Of a stretch of 64,000 nucleotides of DNA, positions 18,484-27,894 are shown piece after piece. The DNA is from an uncultured delta proteobacterium (GTDB taxonomy: Bacteria; Myxococcota_A; Polyangia; Polyangiales; Polyangiaceae): positions 256,001-320,000 of the forward strand of contig CAVQUB010000015.1 of NCBI GenBank assembly GCA_963716725.1, in the 5' to 3' direction. Each line of letters opens with the position of its first letter. Position 1 is the first letter of the stretch. Under the pieces are notes generated by a model that had not been told where the DNA came from, did no database searches, and saw nothing but the letters and a program-made list of their open reading frames with translations. The position numbers and the translations under genes are program-made.

Positions 18484-20076
18484 GTGAGCTACGACTTCGT
18501 GATCATTGGGTCGGGGTTCGGCGGCAGCGTCTCTGCGCTGCGCCTGGTGGAGAAGGGCTACCGCGTGCTGCTCCTGGAGAAGGGCCGCCGCTTCGAGGCC
18601 GCGGACTTTCCCAAGACCAACTGGGATCTGCGCCGTTGGATGTGGGCGCCGGAGCTGGGCATGCGCGGCATCTTCAAGATGTCGTTCTTCCCCCACGTCA
18701 CCGTGGTGCATGGGGTCGGCTACGGGGGCGGCTCGCTGGTCTACGCAAACACGCTGCCCGTTCCGTCGAAGTCGTTCTTCGACGCGAGCTCCTGGGCCCA
18801 CCTCGCAGATTGGCAACGCGAACTCGAACCCCACTACGCGACCGCTCAACGCATGCTCGGCGCTACCGTGAACCCGCATCTGACCCGGATCGATCAGGTC
18901 TTCCGCGAGGTGGCGAGCGATCTCGGCCGCGCCGAGCACTTCCGGCCCGCCACGGTCGGGGTCTACTTCGGTGAGCGAGGCAAGACCGTGCCCGATCCGT
19001 TTTTCGGCGGCGACGGTCCGGAGCGGACCGGCTGCATCCAGTGCGGCGGCTGCATGACCGGCTGTCGCCATGGCGCCAAGAACACGTTGGACCGCAACTA
19101 CCTGTACCTCGCCGAGCGGCGCGGGCTCGAGGTACGTACCGAGGCCGAAGTCGTGCACGTGGAGCCGGTAGAGGGCGACGCGCCGGGCGCCAACGGCTAT
19201 CGCATCGTGACGCGCGAGGGTGCGTCGTCGCGGCAGCAGCGTGCGGAGAGCTACCTAGCGAAACAGGTGATTTTCTCGGGTGGGGTCATGGGCACGGTCG
19301 ATCTGCTCCTGAAGCTCAAGGAAGATCCGAAGGGGCTGCCGCTGCTCTCGGATCGCTTGGGCGATCAGGTGCGCACCAACTCCGAGTCGCTGATCGCCGT
19401 CATCAGCCGGGACCAGAAGCAGGATCTGTCCGAGGGCATCGCCATCAGCTCCATCATCCACACCGACGAGCACTCGCACATCGAGCCTTGTCGCTACGGG
19501 GCGGGTTCGGGTTTCTTCCGGCTATTCATGGCGCCGCATGTTGCGGGTGACTCGCTGCCGTCGCGGCTGCTGCACCTGGTCGGCGTGCTGGCGAAACATC
19601 CGCTGAAGGTGCTCCGGGCAGCCGCTGTGTCCGATCTGGCCAAGCAGAGCATCATCCTGCTCTACATGCGCACGCTCGAGGGTTACATCCGGCTGAAGCG
19701 TGGCCGGTCTCTCACCACGGGCTACCGCGAGGGAATGACCAGCGAGCTGGGCGAGGGCCCGGCGCCCACCGCGTCCATTCCCGAAGCGACCGATCTGGCC
19801 GAGCGCATCGCCGACAAACTCGACGGCTTGCCGAGCGCGATGGTCACCGAGACGCTGCTCGGGATCCCCACCACCGCTCACATCTTGGGCGGCTGCTGCA
19901 TGGGCGACTCGGCGGAGAGCGGCGTCATCGACCGCGACCACCGCGTCTTCGGCTACCCGGGCATGTATGTGATCGATGGCTCGGCGATTTCCGCCAACCC
20001 CGGCGTCAATCCGTCTCTGACCATCACGGCGCTGGCCGAGCGCGCGATGAGCAAGATCCCCGCGGCTCAGCCCTGA
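18484..20076 (+). CDS. GMC oxidoreductase, cholesterol oxidase ChoD-like
   Basis: IGSGFGGSV, GVGYGGGSLVYAN, CIQCGGCMTGC, TAHILGGC, NPGVNPSLTITALAER. Confidence 0.88.
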   Translation: MSYDFVIIGSGFGGSVSALRLVEKGYRVLLLEKGRRFEAADFPKTNWDLRRWMWAPELGMRGIFKMSFFPHVTVVHGVGYGGGSLVYANTLPVPSKSFFDASSWAHLADWQRELEPHYATAQRMLGATVNPHLTRIDQVFREVASDLGRAEHFRPATVGVYFGERGKTVPDPFFGGDGPERTGCIQCGGCMTGCRHGAKNTLDRNYLYLAERRGLEVRTEAEVVHVEPVEGDAPGANGYRIVTREGASSRQQRAESYLAKQVIFSGGVMGTVDLLLKLKEDPKGLPLLSDRLGDQVRTNSESLIAVISRDQKQDLSEGIAISSIIHTDEHSHIEPCRYGAGSGFFRLFMAPHVAGDSLPSRLLHLVGVLAKHPLKVLRAAAVSDLAKQSIILLYMRTLEGYIRLKRGRSLTTGYREGMTSELGEGPAPTASIPEATDLAERIADKLDGLPSAMVTETLLGIPTTAHILGGCCMGDSAESGVIDRDHRVFGYPGMYVIDGSAISANPGVNPSLTITALAERAMSKIPAAQP

Positions 20077-20084
20077 GCGCAGGC

Positions 20085-21206
20085 TCAGCCAATGAGCCGC
20101 CGGAACCGCTCGAACAGGTAGAGCGCGTCGTGGGGGCCCGCGGCGGCCTCCGGGTGGTACTGCACGCTGAAGGCGCGAACGTCCGGCGCGTCGAGGCCTT
20201 CGCTGGTGCCGTCGTTCAGGTGCACGTGGGTCGAGCGCGCGTGACCCGCGAGGGAGTCGACGTCCACCACGAAGCCGTGGTTCTGCGTGGTGATCTCGAC
20301 GCGGCCGGTGGACAGATCTTTGACCGGTTGGTTCAGCCCGCGGTGGCCGAACTTGAGCTTGTAGGTGCGCCCGCCGAGGGCGAGCGACAAGAGTTGATGC
20401 CCGAGGCAGATGCCGAAGAGCGGCTTCTTGCCCAAGAGCTCCCGGATGGTCGCGATGGCGTAGCTGACGGCGGCCGGATCGCCCGGGCCGCTCGAAAGGA
20501 AGATGCCGTCCGGCGAACGCGCGAGGATGTCGGCGGCGCTGGTGGTCGCGGGCACCGCGGTGACGCGAAACCCGGCGTCGACCAGGCAGCGAAAGATGTT
20601 GCGCTTGGCGCCGAAGTCCATGGCCACCACCAGGGGTCGGTCCTCGCCGGGATCGCGTGGTGGAGTCACTCGCCAGCTGCCGGAGCCTTCCGAGAAATCG
20701 TAGGCGGTCTTCGGCGTCACGCGACTGGCGAGATCGAGCCCCTCCATGCTCGGCGCGCTCCTGGCGCGGTCGACGAGCACGTCCGGCGATTCCGTACCGA
20801 TGCAGCCGTTTTGGGCGCCGCGATCGCGGATCAGCCGCGTCAGCCGCCGGGTGTCGACGCCGCCGATGGCCACCACGCCGTGTCTGGTCAGATAGGCCTC
20901 GAGGGTCTCCTGCGAGCGATAGTTCGAGCTGATGGGGCTCGCGTCGCGCACCACGAAGCCGGCAACCTGGGGCCGGCCCGTGACCGCCTCGTCGTCCTCG
21001 CTGTTGATGCCGGTGTTGCCGATCTGCGGCGCCGTCATCGTGACGAGCTGGCCGGTGTAGCTCGGATCGGTCAGCACCTCTTGGTATCCCGTCATGCCGG
21101 TGGTGAACACCGCTTCCCCGGTGGCGAAACCGTCAGCGCCAAAGGCCTCGCCCTCGAAGAGGGTGCCGTCGGCCAGCGCCAGGTGTGCTCTTCTTTTGCC
21201 GTTCAC
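20085..21206 (-). CDS. carA: Carbamoyl-phosphate synthase small subunit
   Basis: [38 protein letters not shown] start overlaps the pyrC stop. Confidence 0.95.
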   Translation of the reverse strand: MNGKRRAHLALADGTLFEGEAFGADGFATGEAVFTTGMTGYQEVLTDPSYTGQLVTMTAPQIGNTGINSEDDEAVTGRPQVAGFVVRDASPISSNYRSQETLEAYLTRHGVVAIGGVDTRRLTRLIRDRGAQNGCIGTESPDVLVDRARSAPSMEGLDLASRVTPKTAYDFSEGSGSWRVTPPRDPGEDRPLVVAMDFGAKRNIFRCLVDAGFRVTAVPATTSAADILARSPDGIFLSSGPGDPAAVSYAIATIRELLGKKPLFGICLGHQLLSLALGGRTYKLKFGHRGLNQPVKDLSTGRVEITTQNHGFVVDVDSLAGHARSTHVHLNDGTSEGLDAPDVRAFSVQYHPEAAAGPHDALYLFERFRRLIG

Positions 21207-22539
21207 GCCGTCGCCTCCACGCGATCGAAGACCAAGTGTCCGCCGGCAATGGTCGCGAGCACGCGGCCGTGAAGCTCGGCGCTCCAGAACGGGGTGTTGT
21301 CGCTCTTCGAGCGGAGCGAGCCGCGCTGCGGCGTCCAGACGGCCTCGGGATCGATCAAGCACCAGCTCCGCGAGGGCGCCCTCGCGCAGGGTGGGCGCGT
21401 CGAAGCCGGCGATGCGCGCAGGCCGTGTCGAGAGCGCGTCGATCAACCGCCCGAGCGTGAGGCCGTTCTTGCCGACCAAGCCCAAGAGCAGACCGAAGCA
21501 CAGCTCGAGGCCGATCATGCCTGGCTTGGCGTAGGAAAACTCGCAGTCTTTCTCCAGCGAGGTGTGCGGGGCGTGATCGGTGGCGATGGCGTCGATGGTG
21601 CCGTCGGCCAAGGCGGAGCGCAGCGCTTCGATGTCCGCCTCTTCGCGCAGGGGTGGGTTGACCTTGCAGAAGGTGTCGTAGCCAATGACGGACGCGTCGG
21701 TGAGCAGCAGGTGATGCGGTGTGACCTCGGCGCTGACTGCGCAGCCCGCGGCTCTTGGCCTCGCGCAAGAGCCGCACCGTGCCCAGCGTGGAGGCGTGGG
21801 CGACGTGGTAGCGCGCGCCCGTGTACTCCGCGAGCAAGAGGTCGCGGGCAACGATCACGTCCTCGGCCACCCGCGGCCAACCTCGCAGGCCGAGCCGAGC
21901 GCTGACTGCACCCTCGTGCATGTCGGCTCCGGCCGTGAGATCGTGGTCTTCGGCGTGCTGAATGACCGGCAAATCGAAGGTCTTTGCGTATTGAAGCGCG
22001 CTGCGCATGACGGCGCTCGACATCACGCAGACGCCGTCGTCGCTCACCGCGACGGCGCCCGCTTCCCGAAGCTCTGCCATCTCGGTCAGATCTTTGCCCT
22101 TCTGCCCCACGGTGATGGCACCGATGGGATGAAGGCGTGGACCACCCACCTCGGCGGCTCGCCGCAGCATCATCTCGGTGACCGCGCGGGTGTCGTTGAC
22201 CGGCTTGGTGTTGGGCATCACACAGACGTGCGCAAAGCCGCCCGCGGCCGCCGCAGCCAGTCCGCTCCGGATGTCCTCTTTGTATTCCTGACCGGGCTCG
22301 CGCAGGTGTGCGTGCAGATCGACGAAGGCGGGCAGGACCCATTTGCCGGAGCCGTCGATGACTCGGGCGCGCTCGCTGCCCGAAGCCGCGCGTCCGGCAT
22401 CGACACCTAGTCCGGTGATGCGACCGTTTTCGATGACCAGATCGACCTCTGCGTCGAGGTGCCGGCTCGGATCGACGGCCCGAACGCTCTTCACGACCAG
22501 GAGCTCGACGGGGGCGGTCACGGCCGTCGTCCTTAGCAC
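21203..22539 (-). CDS. pyrC: Dihydroorotase, two +1 frameshifts (~21738 and ~21357)
   Basis: [46 protein letters not shown] distributed over three frames. Confidence 0.9.
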
Positions 22540-22581
22540 GCTCTGCCGAGGGCTGGGTATGGTGTCGGAGGGCAGGGGAAT

Positions 22582-24105
22582 TTATGCGGCCAGCCGCTCC
22601 GCCGCGAGCCAGGCGAGGGCGGAGATCGTGTGCTGCGGGTTCACGCCCATGTTGGTCGGAAACACGCTGGAGTCGATCAGGTAGAGCCCCGAAAGATCGT
22701 GGGTCTCGAAGCTGGGTTTCACGACGCTGTTGAAGGCCGATCCGCCCATCAGAGCGGTGCCGAAGAGGTGCGCCGCGATGGTGTGGAAGAGTCGCGGATC
22801 GTCCGGGGCCGCGAAGATCGGGTCGAGTTCGTCCACGCTCGAAATCGAGTCTGGCAGCCCGTGCACGCCGGGCAAGACTTGGCGCGCGCCGGCGGCGAAC
22901 ATCATCTCGGTCAGACGGCGAACACCGAGCTTGAGCACGCGGACGTCCGCGTCGGTCATGTCGTACTCGATCTGCGTGCCGCCGAAGAGGCCCGCGCGAA
23001 CCGAGCCGTGGGCCTCGGCGCGTACCTGCACGCCCCACACCGCCAAATGCGCGTAGCTGCCGAGCTCGCGCATCAGCGCGGGACCCAGGCCGGGGAGGCG
23101 CGCCATGGCCAGCTCCGGCGGCATGGCCACCGTCTCGAACTTCATGCGCTCGTCCCAGTAGTGCAGGCTCTCGTAGCCCTGGGTCGCGCCGCGGAACATC
23201 TCGACCGGAGCATCGAAGACGCCGACCACGGCAGTGCCCGGATGGGCCTGCAAGCGCTTGCCCAGCACGCCCGAGCCGACGCCGATGCGGTGCTGGGCGA
23301 GAAAGAGCGGAGATTGAATGGCACTGGCGGCGAGCAGCACTGCGCGCCGGGCGGTCACGCGTAGCTCCGGTCCCCGCTCCCCCGACAGCGGGTCGCGAAA
23401 GCGCCCCACGACGCCGGTCGCGCGACCGTGCTTCTGGATCAGCGACACTGCGGGGCAGGTCGCGTACACGCGCGCTCCGGCGGCCACCGCCCGGGGAATG
23501 TAGGACACGTTCATGCTCTGGCGTCGGGCGGTGGGGCAGCCCTGGTTGCAATGCGCGCTGCCCTCACAGCCGTCGACGTTGCGTCGGATCAGGTTGCCCG
23601 CGATGCCGAGGCGCTCGGTCGCCGTGCGCATCAGCGAGTTATTGCGACCGAGCACCGCCTCGGGCGCAGGCCCGACGAAGAGTTCGCGATCGAGCGTGTC
23701 CCAGATGCGATCGAGTTCGGCGTAGGGCAGCGCGTCGCCGAGGCCGTAATCGTCGCGCCAGCATGCCCAGATCTTCTCGGGCATGCGGTGGATGATGGCG
23801 CCGTTGATGGCCGTGGTGCCGCCGACGCAGCGCCCCTGCAAGACGGGCGTGATGGCCCGGCCGTTTGCCACCTGAAAGCCGAGATCTCGCCAGGCATGCT
23901 TGAAGCTCGACCACATGTCGCTGCGAAGATCTTCGGTGCGAAGGTGGGCGCCTTCTTCGAGCATCACCACATCGAGCCCCGCCGCGGTCAGCACTCGCGC
24001 CGCCGTGGCGCCCGCGGCGCCGGTCCCGATGATGACGACGTCGGCGACGTCGGCGACGCACTTCCGTTCGCGCACTTCCGGGAGTTGCACGATGGCGCCG
24101 CTCAT
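22582..24105 (-). CDS. GMC family oxidoreductase (long-chain alcohol oxidase-like)
   Basis: IGTGAAG, GRCVGGTTAING, CEGSAHCNQGCP, AHLFGT, GVNPQHTI. Confidence 0.88.
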   Translation of the reverse strand: MSGAIVQLPEVRERKCVADVADVVIIGTGAAGATAARVLTAAGLDVVMLEEGAHLRTEDLRSDMWSSFKHAWRDLGFQVANGRAITPVLQGRCVGGTTAINGAIIHRMPEKIWACWRDDYGLGDALPYAELDRIWDTLDRELFVGPAPEAVLGRNNSLMRTATERLGIAGNLIRRNVDGCEGSAHCNQGCPTARRQSMNVSYIPRAVAAGARVYATCPAVSLIQKHGRATGVVGRFRDPLSGERGPELRVTARRAVLLAASAIQSPLFLAQHRIGVGSGVLGKRLQAHPGTAVVGVFDAPVEMFRGATQGYESLHYWDERMKFETVAMPPELAMARLPGLGPALMRELGSYAHLAVWGVQVRAEAHGSVRAGLFGGTQIEYDMTDADVRVLKLGVRRLTEMMFAAGARQVLPGVHGLPDSISSVDELDPIFAAPDDPRLFHTIAAHLFGTALMGGSAFNSVVKPSFETHDLSGLYLIDSSVFPTNMGVNPQHTISALAWLAAERLAA

Positions 24106-24530
24106 GGCCCTTGTCCGGCGGCCCACTCAGGGGGCTCGGAGTCGCGCACCGCCAGCCCCAGCTTGCGTTGCACCGCGGGCATGCCCGCAAAGCCCAGGGC
24201 GCCCAGCATCTTGAACAAGGTGGGCAGCTCCCGCACCAGGTACACATCGCTGGCGCGGAGCTTCTCCAGCAGCGAGAGGCGGTCTTCTGGAGCGAGGGAC
24301 GGGAAGAGCGCCAGCCTGCCGATCACGAAGAGCGGCGCGAAGGTCAGGAGCCAAATACAAACGCGAGCGCCCACCCTGACTCGGGTTGGGGCGCAGGAGA
24401 GCAGTTCGTCGAGGAAGCTGTCCAGGGGCACTTCGCGCGCGCCGAGCCCGAGGCCGCCGACCGTGCCGCTCGGCAGGATCGTCTCCCAGATAGCCGCCAG
24501 CCAACGTCGCTCGAACGACCACCAGCTCAC
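24102..24530 (-). CDS. Small partner protein of the GMC oxidoreductase (gluconate 2-dehydrogenase subunit 3-like)
   Basis: ATGA coupling to the GMC gene; FPSLAPEDRLSLLEKL..YLVREL..K helical motif. Confidence 0.6.
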   Translation of the reverse strand: MSWWSFERRWLAAIWETILPSGTVGGLGLGAREVPLDSFLDELLSCAPTRVRVGARVCIWLLTFAPLFVIGRLALFPSLAPEDRLSLLEKLRASDVYLVRELPTLFKMLGALGFAGMPAVQRKLGLAVRDSEPPEWAAGQGP

Positions 24531-24534
24531 GGGC

Positions 24535-26079
24535 TCACCACACCGGAGTCCTCGGGTAGTCGACGTCGGCGCGCACGTTGCGTTCGACGGCATCCATCAA
24601 GGAGAGGAGCGTGCGGTCTCGCCAAGGCGGGGCGACCATCTGCACGCCCACCGGCAACCCCGCGCTCTGCTCATCGATGCGCCGCGCCAGGCGGCCCACC
24701 TGGCCTCGCGCTCGATCACGCCGGGCTTCGGCGCCGTGCACGCGCGTCACGGGCACCACGCCCGCGGGCAGGCCGACCGCGGTCCAGGGCAGGCTGTACG
24801 ACGACGCGATGAGCAGCTCGGCCGACCCGCCATGGGTCACGGCGGGCGTCGCGTAGGGCGGACAGAGGATGGCTGCGAGTCCGGACTTCTGCCAGGCTTC
24901 GAGCATCGCGCGCCGGATCGAGTCGACCTTGTCTTCGAGGGCTTGGAGTTCGGTGGCTGTCTTCTCACCGATGCCGGCGATGACTCGAGCGCTCTCCTTG
25001 TCGCCGGAGAGCTTCGCGATCCGCTCGAGCCCGGCCCGAACCGCCCGGGGAACCCGCACCAGCTTGTGCAGTGAGCGCAGCGACTCGGTGACCGATTCGT
25101 CGATCAGCGCGTCGATCATGGCTCGTCCGCCATCAGCCAGCAGCAGCTCGAAGGCCGCGAAGAAAAGCTCGTCGAGGTCGGCGACAGCGACCGGCTCGAC
25201 TCGTACTCCGACCGCACGGAGGGCGTCACCGGCACGTTCGAGGGCACCGATCAGCGCGCTGGAGGGAGGAATCACCCCGGAGTCGTGCAGCACCCCGACC
25301 GTGAGCCCACGCAGCGCGGGGGCGGGCGCGTCCACGAAGGGCGGGATGCGGGCATCGATGGACGCGAGCGCGGCCGCTGGCAGCGCGTCGAGGCCAACCT
25401 CGATGTCCGCCACATTGCGCGCGAGCAGCGAGGTCCTTCCAAAGCGGTCGCGATTGAGCAGCCGACCCAGGCTGGGAACGAAGGCCGCGACGCCGCAGAA
25501 GTGGGCCGAGACTCGCTGATCGCTGCAGAAGGCCAGGGGCGTCAGTCCCGCCGCCACGGCCGCGGCGCCGCCTCCGCCGGCGTGGCGGGGGCTGAAGGGG
25601 TTCGACGTGCGGCCGAATACCGGGTTGTCGCTCTCGGGCGAGAGCAAGAGCTGAGACAGGTTGGTGCGTCCGAGGATGACCGCGCCGGCCGCTCGCAGCG
25701 CCCGCGCGAGGTCGCTGTCTTTCGTCGCGACCGCACCCTGCCTCGAGACGAGCCCGAGCGTGGTCGCGCGACCCGCCAGGTCGAAGCACTCGTCGAGGGT
25801 GACGGGCACTCCGTGCAGCGGACCGCAGTTCTCGCCGGAGCGGCGCTCGTCGTCCAGGCGCGTGGCCGCGCGCAGGGCATCGTCGCGCGTGACTTCCGTG
25901 AAGGCGCAGATCTCGGGATCCACCTCCGCGATGCGCGCCAGGTGGGTCGTCGTGAGCTCCACGCTCGAGAGCTGACCCGATTCGAACGCCGCGCGCATGG
26001 CGAGCGCTCCGGTCCGGTGCCACTCGGGAGGCTCTGGGGCGGTCGGTGAGCTTCGCAGCGAGTCCGGACTCTGTTCCAC
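24535..26079 (-). CDS. Amidase-signature (FAAH-like) family protein with degenerate catalytic triad
   Basis: GPLHGVPV, AGAVILGRTN, NPVFGRTSNP, AHFCG, GLPVGVQ; catalytic Lys, GGSS and GGSIR are missing. Confidence 0.8.
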   Translation of the reverse strand: MEQSPDSLRSSPTAPEPPEWHRTGALAMRAAFESGQLSSVELTTTHLARIAEVDPEICAFTEVTRDDALRAATRLDDERRSGENCGPLHGVPVTLDECFDLAGRATTLGLVSRQGAVATKDSDLARALRAAGAVILGRTNLSQLLLSPESDNPVFGRTSNPFSPRHAGGGGAAAVAAGLTPLAFCSDQRVSAHFCGVAAFVPSLGRLLNRDRFGRTSLLARNVADIEVGLDALPAAALASIDARIPPFVDAPAPALRGLTVGVLHDSGVIPPSSALIGALERAGDALRAVGVRVEPVAVADLDELFFAAFELLLADGGRAMIDALIDESVTESLRSLHKLVRVPRAVRAGLERIAKLSGDKESARVIAGIGEKTATELQALEDKVDSIRRAMLEAWQKSGLAAILCPPYATPAVTHGGSAELLIASSYSLPWTAVGLPAGVVPVTRVHGAEARRDRARGQVGRLARRIDEQSAGLPVGVQMVAPPWRDRTLLSLMDAVERNVRADVDYPRTPVW

Positions 26080-26158
26080 GGGGGCGGGAGGCTAGAACAT
26101 TTCTGGTGGCCCTGGTGGCCTGATCGCGGGCCCAGCCCTGCGTGCTATAGCCAGGCCC

Positions 26159-27823
26159 ATGGCGACGCCCGACCGCTTCCGCAAGCTCGACCGAGATTCT
26201 TGGGACGTCATCGTGGTGGGGGCCGGAATCGGAGGCCTCACCACCGCAGCCCTGCTCGCCAAGCGCGGGCTCGGCGTGCTCGTGGTCGACCAGCACTACG
26301 TCGCCGGCGGCAACGCCACCGTCTTCAAACGCCCGGGCTTCGAGTTCGACATCGGCCTGCACTACATCGGGCAGTGCGAACGCGGGCTCTTTCCCCGGGC
26401 GCTCGCCGCCGCCGGCGCCGATCCCGTGGTCTTCCGTGCCATGGATCCGGACGCCTTCGACACAGTTGTGTTGCGAGACCTCGAGCTCGGGGTGCCGCGC
26501 GGCATCGAGCGCTATCGCCTACGGCTCGTCGACGCGTTCCCTTCCGAGAAGTCCGGAATCGATCGCTACATTGGCTACCTGCTGCAACAGAAGCAGATTG
26601 AGCCCGCGCTGGCTCGACCGAGCCGCCTCCCGGGGGCGCTGCTCAGGTCACCCTTGGTCTTGCGCCACGGCAGCGGAACCCTCGGCGCCTTCCTCGACAC
26701 GTGCACTCGCGATCCCGCTCTTCGAACCGTGCTCGCCGCCGAGAGCGGCGACTACGCGGAGCCACCGAGCCGGGCCTCGCTGGCGCTGCACGCCGGACTG
26801 ATGCTGCACTACCTGGACGAAGGCGGCTTCTATCCCGAGGGCGGCGGTCAGGTCATGAGCGATCGTTTGGCCGAGGCCATCGAGCGCCACGGTGGCAAGC
26901 TCCTGCTCTCGTCGCGGGTCAGTCGCATCTTGGTCGAAAACGGTCGCGTCACCGGCGTGCGGCTCGCCAACAAACACCTGGGCGAGCGCGAGGTGAGGGC
27001 GCCGCGCGTCGTCGCGGGCAGCGACATCAAGAAGATCTATCTCGACTTGCTCGGGCCCGACGTGGTCCGCGCGAAGACCATGCGCAAGGTCAAGGCTTGG
27101 CAGATGGCTCCGGCCCTCGGCATGGTCTACCTCGGCGTGAAGCGCGAAGCGCTCGGCACCCGGACTCGCAATACGAACTACTGGATCTACGGCAGCACGG
27201 ATCTCGAGGGCGCCTACGCCGACAATCACGCCGGACGGATCTCCCACGATCCGATGGTTTACATCTCCATCGCGTCACTGAAGGATCCGACGAACCCAGC
27301 CGTCGCGCCGCCGGGCATCGTGAACCTGCAACTCATGGGTTTGGCGCCGTCGGAGCCGAGCGCATGGGGTGTGAGCGAGGCGGACGTGGTGACGGGGAAA
27401 TACAGCAAAAACGCCGCCTATCTCGCCAAGAAGCGCGAGTACACCGACGCGCTGTTCCGCAGCGCCGCCCGGGTCTTGCCCAACCTGCGCCAGCACGCGG
27501 TGTTCGAAGAGACGGCCACACCGCTCACGCACTCGCGCTACACGCTCTCCACCGGTGGCACCTCCTACGGGCTCGCGCTCATCCCCGAGCAGTTCTTGTG
27601 GCGCCGACCTGGACCCAAGACCGAGATCGATGGGCTGTTCCTGTGTGGCGCGAGTTTGGTCACCGGGCACGGCATCGCCGGCGCGATGGCATCCGGGGTC
27701 AACGCCGCCGCGGCCATCGTGGGCAACGAAGTCTGGTCCGAGGTGCGACGCGCGCGGCCGACGGCGCCGAGGAAGGCTGCGGAGCCAGTCGCTTCGCAGC
27801 CCGAGATCGTGGCTCAGATCTGA
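26159..27823 (+). CDS. Phytoene desaturase/retinol saturase-like FAD-dependent oxidoreductase
   Basis: VGAGIGGLT, FEFDIGLHYIG, YPEGGGQ, ATPLTHSRY, GLFLCG..GHGIAG. Confidence 0.85.
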   Translation: MATPDRFRKLDRDSWDVIVVGAGIGGLTTAALLAKRGLGVLVVDQHYVAGGNATVFKRPGFEFDIGLHYIGQCERGLFPRALAAAGADPVVFRAMDPDAFDTVVLRDLELGVPRGIERYRLRLVDAFPSEKSGIDRYIGYLLQQKQIEPALARPSRLPGALLRSPLVLRHGSGTLGAFLDTCTRDPALRTVLAAESGDYAEPPSRASLALHAGLMLHYLDEGGFYPEGGGQVMSDRLAEAIERHGGKLLLSSRVSRILVENGRVTGVRLANKHLGEREVRAPRVVAGSDIKKIYLDLLGPDVVRAKTMRKVKAWQMAPALGMVYLGVKREALGTRTRNTNYWIYGSTDLEGAYADNHAGRISHDPMVYISIASLKDPTNPAVAPPGIVNLQLMGLAPSEPSAWGVSEADVVTGKYSKNAAYLAKKREYTDALFRSAARVLPNLRQHAVFEETATPLTHSRYTLSTGGTSYGLALIPEQFLWRRPGPKTEIDGLFLCGASLVTGHGIAGAMASGVNAAAAIVGNEVWSEVRRARPTAPRKAAEPVASQPEIVAQI

Positions 27824-27894
27824 GTGAGCGCCGTCCCTTGCCGTCTCCGCCGTGCGGCTCGAGGCGCCGAATCCTGCCTGTCAGGCGCGCCGGT

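Noticed and set aside
20085..21851. PyrC-CarA fusion suggested by the 588-aa ORF
   Set aside because: Artefact of the pyrC frameshifts; repaired pyrC stops at 21203, overlapping the carA GTG
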